A DNA stretch of 63,150 nt, counting the filler, from Octopus bimaculoides (lineage: Eukaryota), in assembly GCF_001194135.2 (NCBI RefSeq). It is 7 parts of 7 records of this genome, joined end to end, with 100 filler letters (N's around TTAATTAATTAA, not from the genome) between each part and the next. Parts side by side here need not be neighbours in the genome. Positions count along the whole stretch, not along the records: positions 59,236 to 63,150 come from NC_068983.1; 6 more parts are not named here. One strand, given 5' to 3'. The position numbers and the translations under genes are program-made. Numbering within the stretch: the stretch's first letter is position 1; every line of letters starts with the position of its first letter. Shown here one piece after another: positions 61,104 to 63,150 of this stretch. The notes under the pieces were generated by a model. That model had not been told where the DNA came from and did no database searches. It was given only the letters and a program-made list of their open reading frames with translations.

Positions 61104-61764
61104 GACTACGACCACGACCACGGCGATGATGATGATAATGATGATGATGAGAGTATAAAGACAACTTTACTAACAGCAGCAGCACCAACAAGAGAAAGCA
61201 CACGGTATTCAACACACTACACACACATTGAAAAGATCGATCTATAATACATAGTTATATATAAATGCATACAACACCAAGGTAACATACATGCATACGG
61301 ATACAATAACAACGAAACAGAAGACGTCACAATAATAAGAATAACTAGCATTGACTCGGCAAATTACAACAACAACAATTATAATGATAATGATTTCTTT
61401 AATTTGCCACAGGGGCGTCAGTTGAGGGGAAACATTACAAGCAGAGTCTTACAGTTTGCGTTGGAGGTTTAACAGAAACGATGCGAAGGAGACGACGGGG
61501 AAGATGAGATACAGAAAAAAAGTATACATAGTTTATAAAATACGTGAACACATGTATGATGCAGACGTCCAATGATAATAATTGTTTTATTTGCCACAAG
61601 GGCTGCAAAACATTTAGGACAATACAATCCGTTAACAACAACTAGAAGCCACGAGTTAGTAGCTTGCCTGTCTGACCGACTGTCTGTCAGTCTCGCTAAG
61701 TGAGTGAATGTAGTCATATTTCTCTTTCTCTGTCTCTCTCACCTACACACACACACACACACAT

Positions 61765-61797
<33 letters not shown>

Positions 61798-62594
61798 TTC
61801 CGTCTTTATGTAATTATAATAATTTTTTAAATGAGGGCTCTGAACAAGCGATAAAGTCGAAGGCAAAAGGATGAGGTGAAGAAAATCAACAATGCTTTTT
61901 AGCAGTGTGGAAATAATGTAAGGTAGAAAACGAAGAAGTAGAAATAGAATATGAGAAATTAGTGGAATTTTAGAAATATTTCTATACTTTCGTGGAGTAA
62001 TACCAGCGGAGCCGATACATGAAGTAGAGAAAGAAAAAACAGAAAGTGAGAGAGAGAGAGAACCAAACAGAGTAAATATAAATACACATGGTATCGAAGC
62101 GAGAACATATTTTTATATAAATATACATAGAAACCAATGTGGAATTAGGATTACAATTATACAAGTAAGAAAAGAAGGAAAAAAAAAAAGAAAAACAAAA
62201 CGGTGGAAAATATTATTTACAAAAAAAATTAATTTTATTTTTTTTCCTCTCTGCGTATTTGAGTGTGGAATATTTTGCTTCTGAAGTTGAGTGGGGGAAA
62301 AGAAAGATAAGAAAAAGGAAACAAAAATCCGGAATTACAAAAACGTTGAAAGAGTAAAAGAGTGGTTAAACACAATGAACTGGAATGGTTTTAAAGAAAG
62401 GTGAGAATTAATAAGGTTGAAAATGGTGATGGTACAAAGTTAAAGGCAAAGGGATATTTCGTTCGTGGAACACACTGGAGATATTTATTTTGTGAAATTA
62501 TTTACTTATTATAACACATATACACACACACACATACATATAATGTTTATATTTTATCAAACACCCCAGTGATCAGTGATTATTATTACCGAGG

Positions 62595-62669
62595 ATGTCT
62601 TCTACCCAGATGTATAGACTGACACCCGTTCCACTACCTGGAATGGAAGGAGGTCGGATGATTCCACCG
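62595..62669 (+). CDS. Candidate first coding exon of a gene continuing beyond the window
   Basis: MSSTQMYRLTPVPLPGMEGGRMIPP ending at CCG|GTAAGA; acceptors at 62568-62569 or 62608-62609; GC-balanced island in an AT-rich context. No homology recognised. Confidence 0.3.
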
Positions 62670-62991
62670 GTAAGAATTTACGTTGGATAACTTTATACTT
62701 GTAAAATATTGTTCTTTTGATATATAAATATTAACTTCATATCGCTGTATACTAATGTAATATTAAAACATATATATATATATATATATAACGGTGGGGG
62801 GGGGGTTATATTTTTTTCTTTTGCAGTGCAAAGTAGTTTATACACACACACAGACATATAAATATAATATAATATAATATAATATAATATAAAAGATGTA
62901 TATAACGAAGGGTGCTGAATCGTTTTTTATAAAGTGTATAATTGTATGTATACGTGTCGAAGATTGAACGTATGCGTATGCACACACACAT

Positions 62992-63027
<36 letters not shown>

Positions 63028-63109
63028 GTTATGCACGCGCACGTGTATCGGTAGACGTCTGTGTATGTACACAAAACAAAAATCATACAGATACATGCAA
63101 ATAATATAC

Positions 63110-63150
<41 letters not shown>

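Noticed and set aside
9475-63096. Many His/Thr, Tyr/Ile, Cys/Val, poly-Asn and X-filled ORFs in the ORF track
   Set aside because: Translations of di- and trinucleotide microsatellites and N gaps.

Overview
AT-rich, microsatellite-dense, heavily gapped eukaryotic draft sequence. The repeat repertoire points to an octopod cephalopod; this is an inference from recalled repeat families, not a database result. No host protein-coding gene is recognisable by homology; only a few weak splice-site-defined exon candidates exist. Almost all ORF-track entries are microsatellite or N-gap artefacts. The window holds: about 30 tRNA-derived SINE copies in about five modular families; R4/Dong-clade retrotransposon pieces in (TAA)n; an L1/Tx1 fragment with a clean 5' inversion; two CR1/L2-type LINE ends; a Penelope-like GIY-YIG remnant; DD37D (maT) and other Tc1/mariner fossils; hAT remnants and a hAT MITE with an 8-bp TSD; a full-length 5S rRNA pseudogene; and a 1.8-kb degenerate 19-bp satellite. 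Best lead for an undescribed system: a short element joining a tRNA-like Pol III head, (AAT)n and a hammerhead-ribozyme-like Penelope-type terminal segment (39217-39546). Two further copies show Penelope-style inverted ends, suggesting a SINE/retrozyme hybrid mobilised by a Penelope-like element. Second lead: (TAA)n tracts in which several unrelated retroelements stack head-to-tail. SINE family letters A-E are my own labels. Coordinates are read by eye and approximate unless a motif is quoted.
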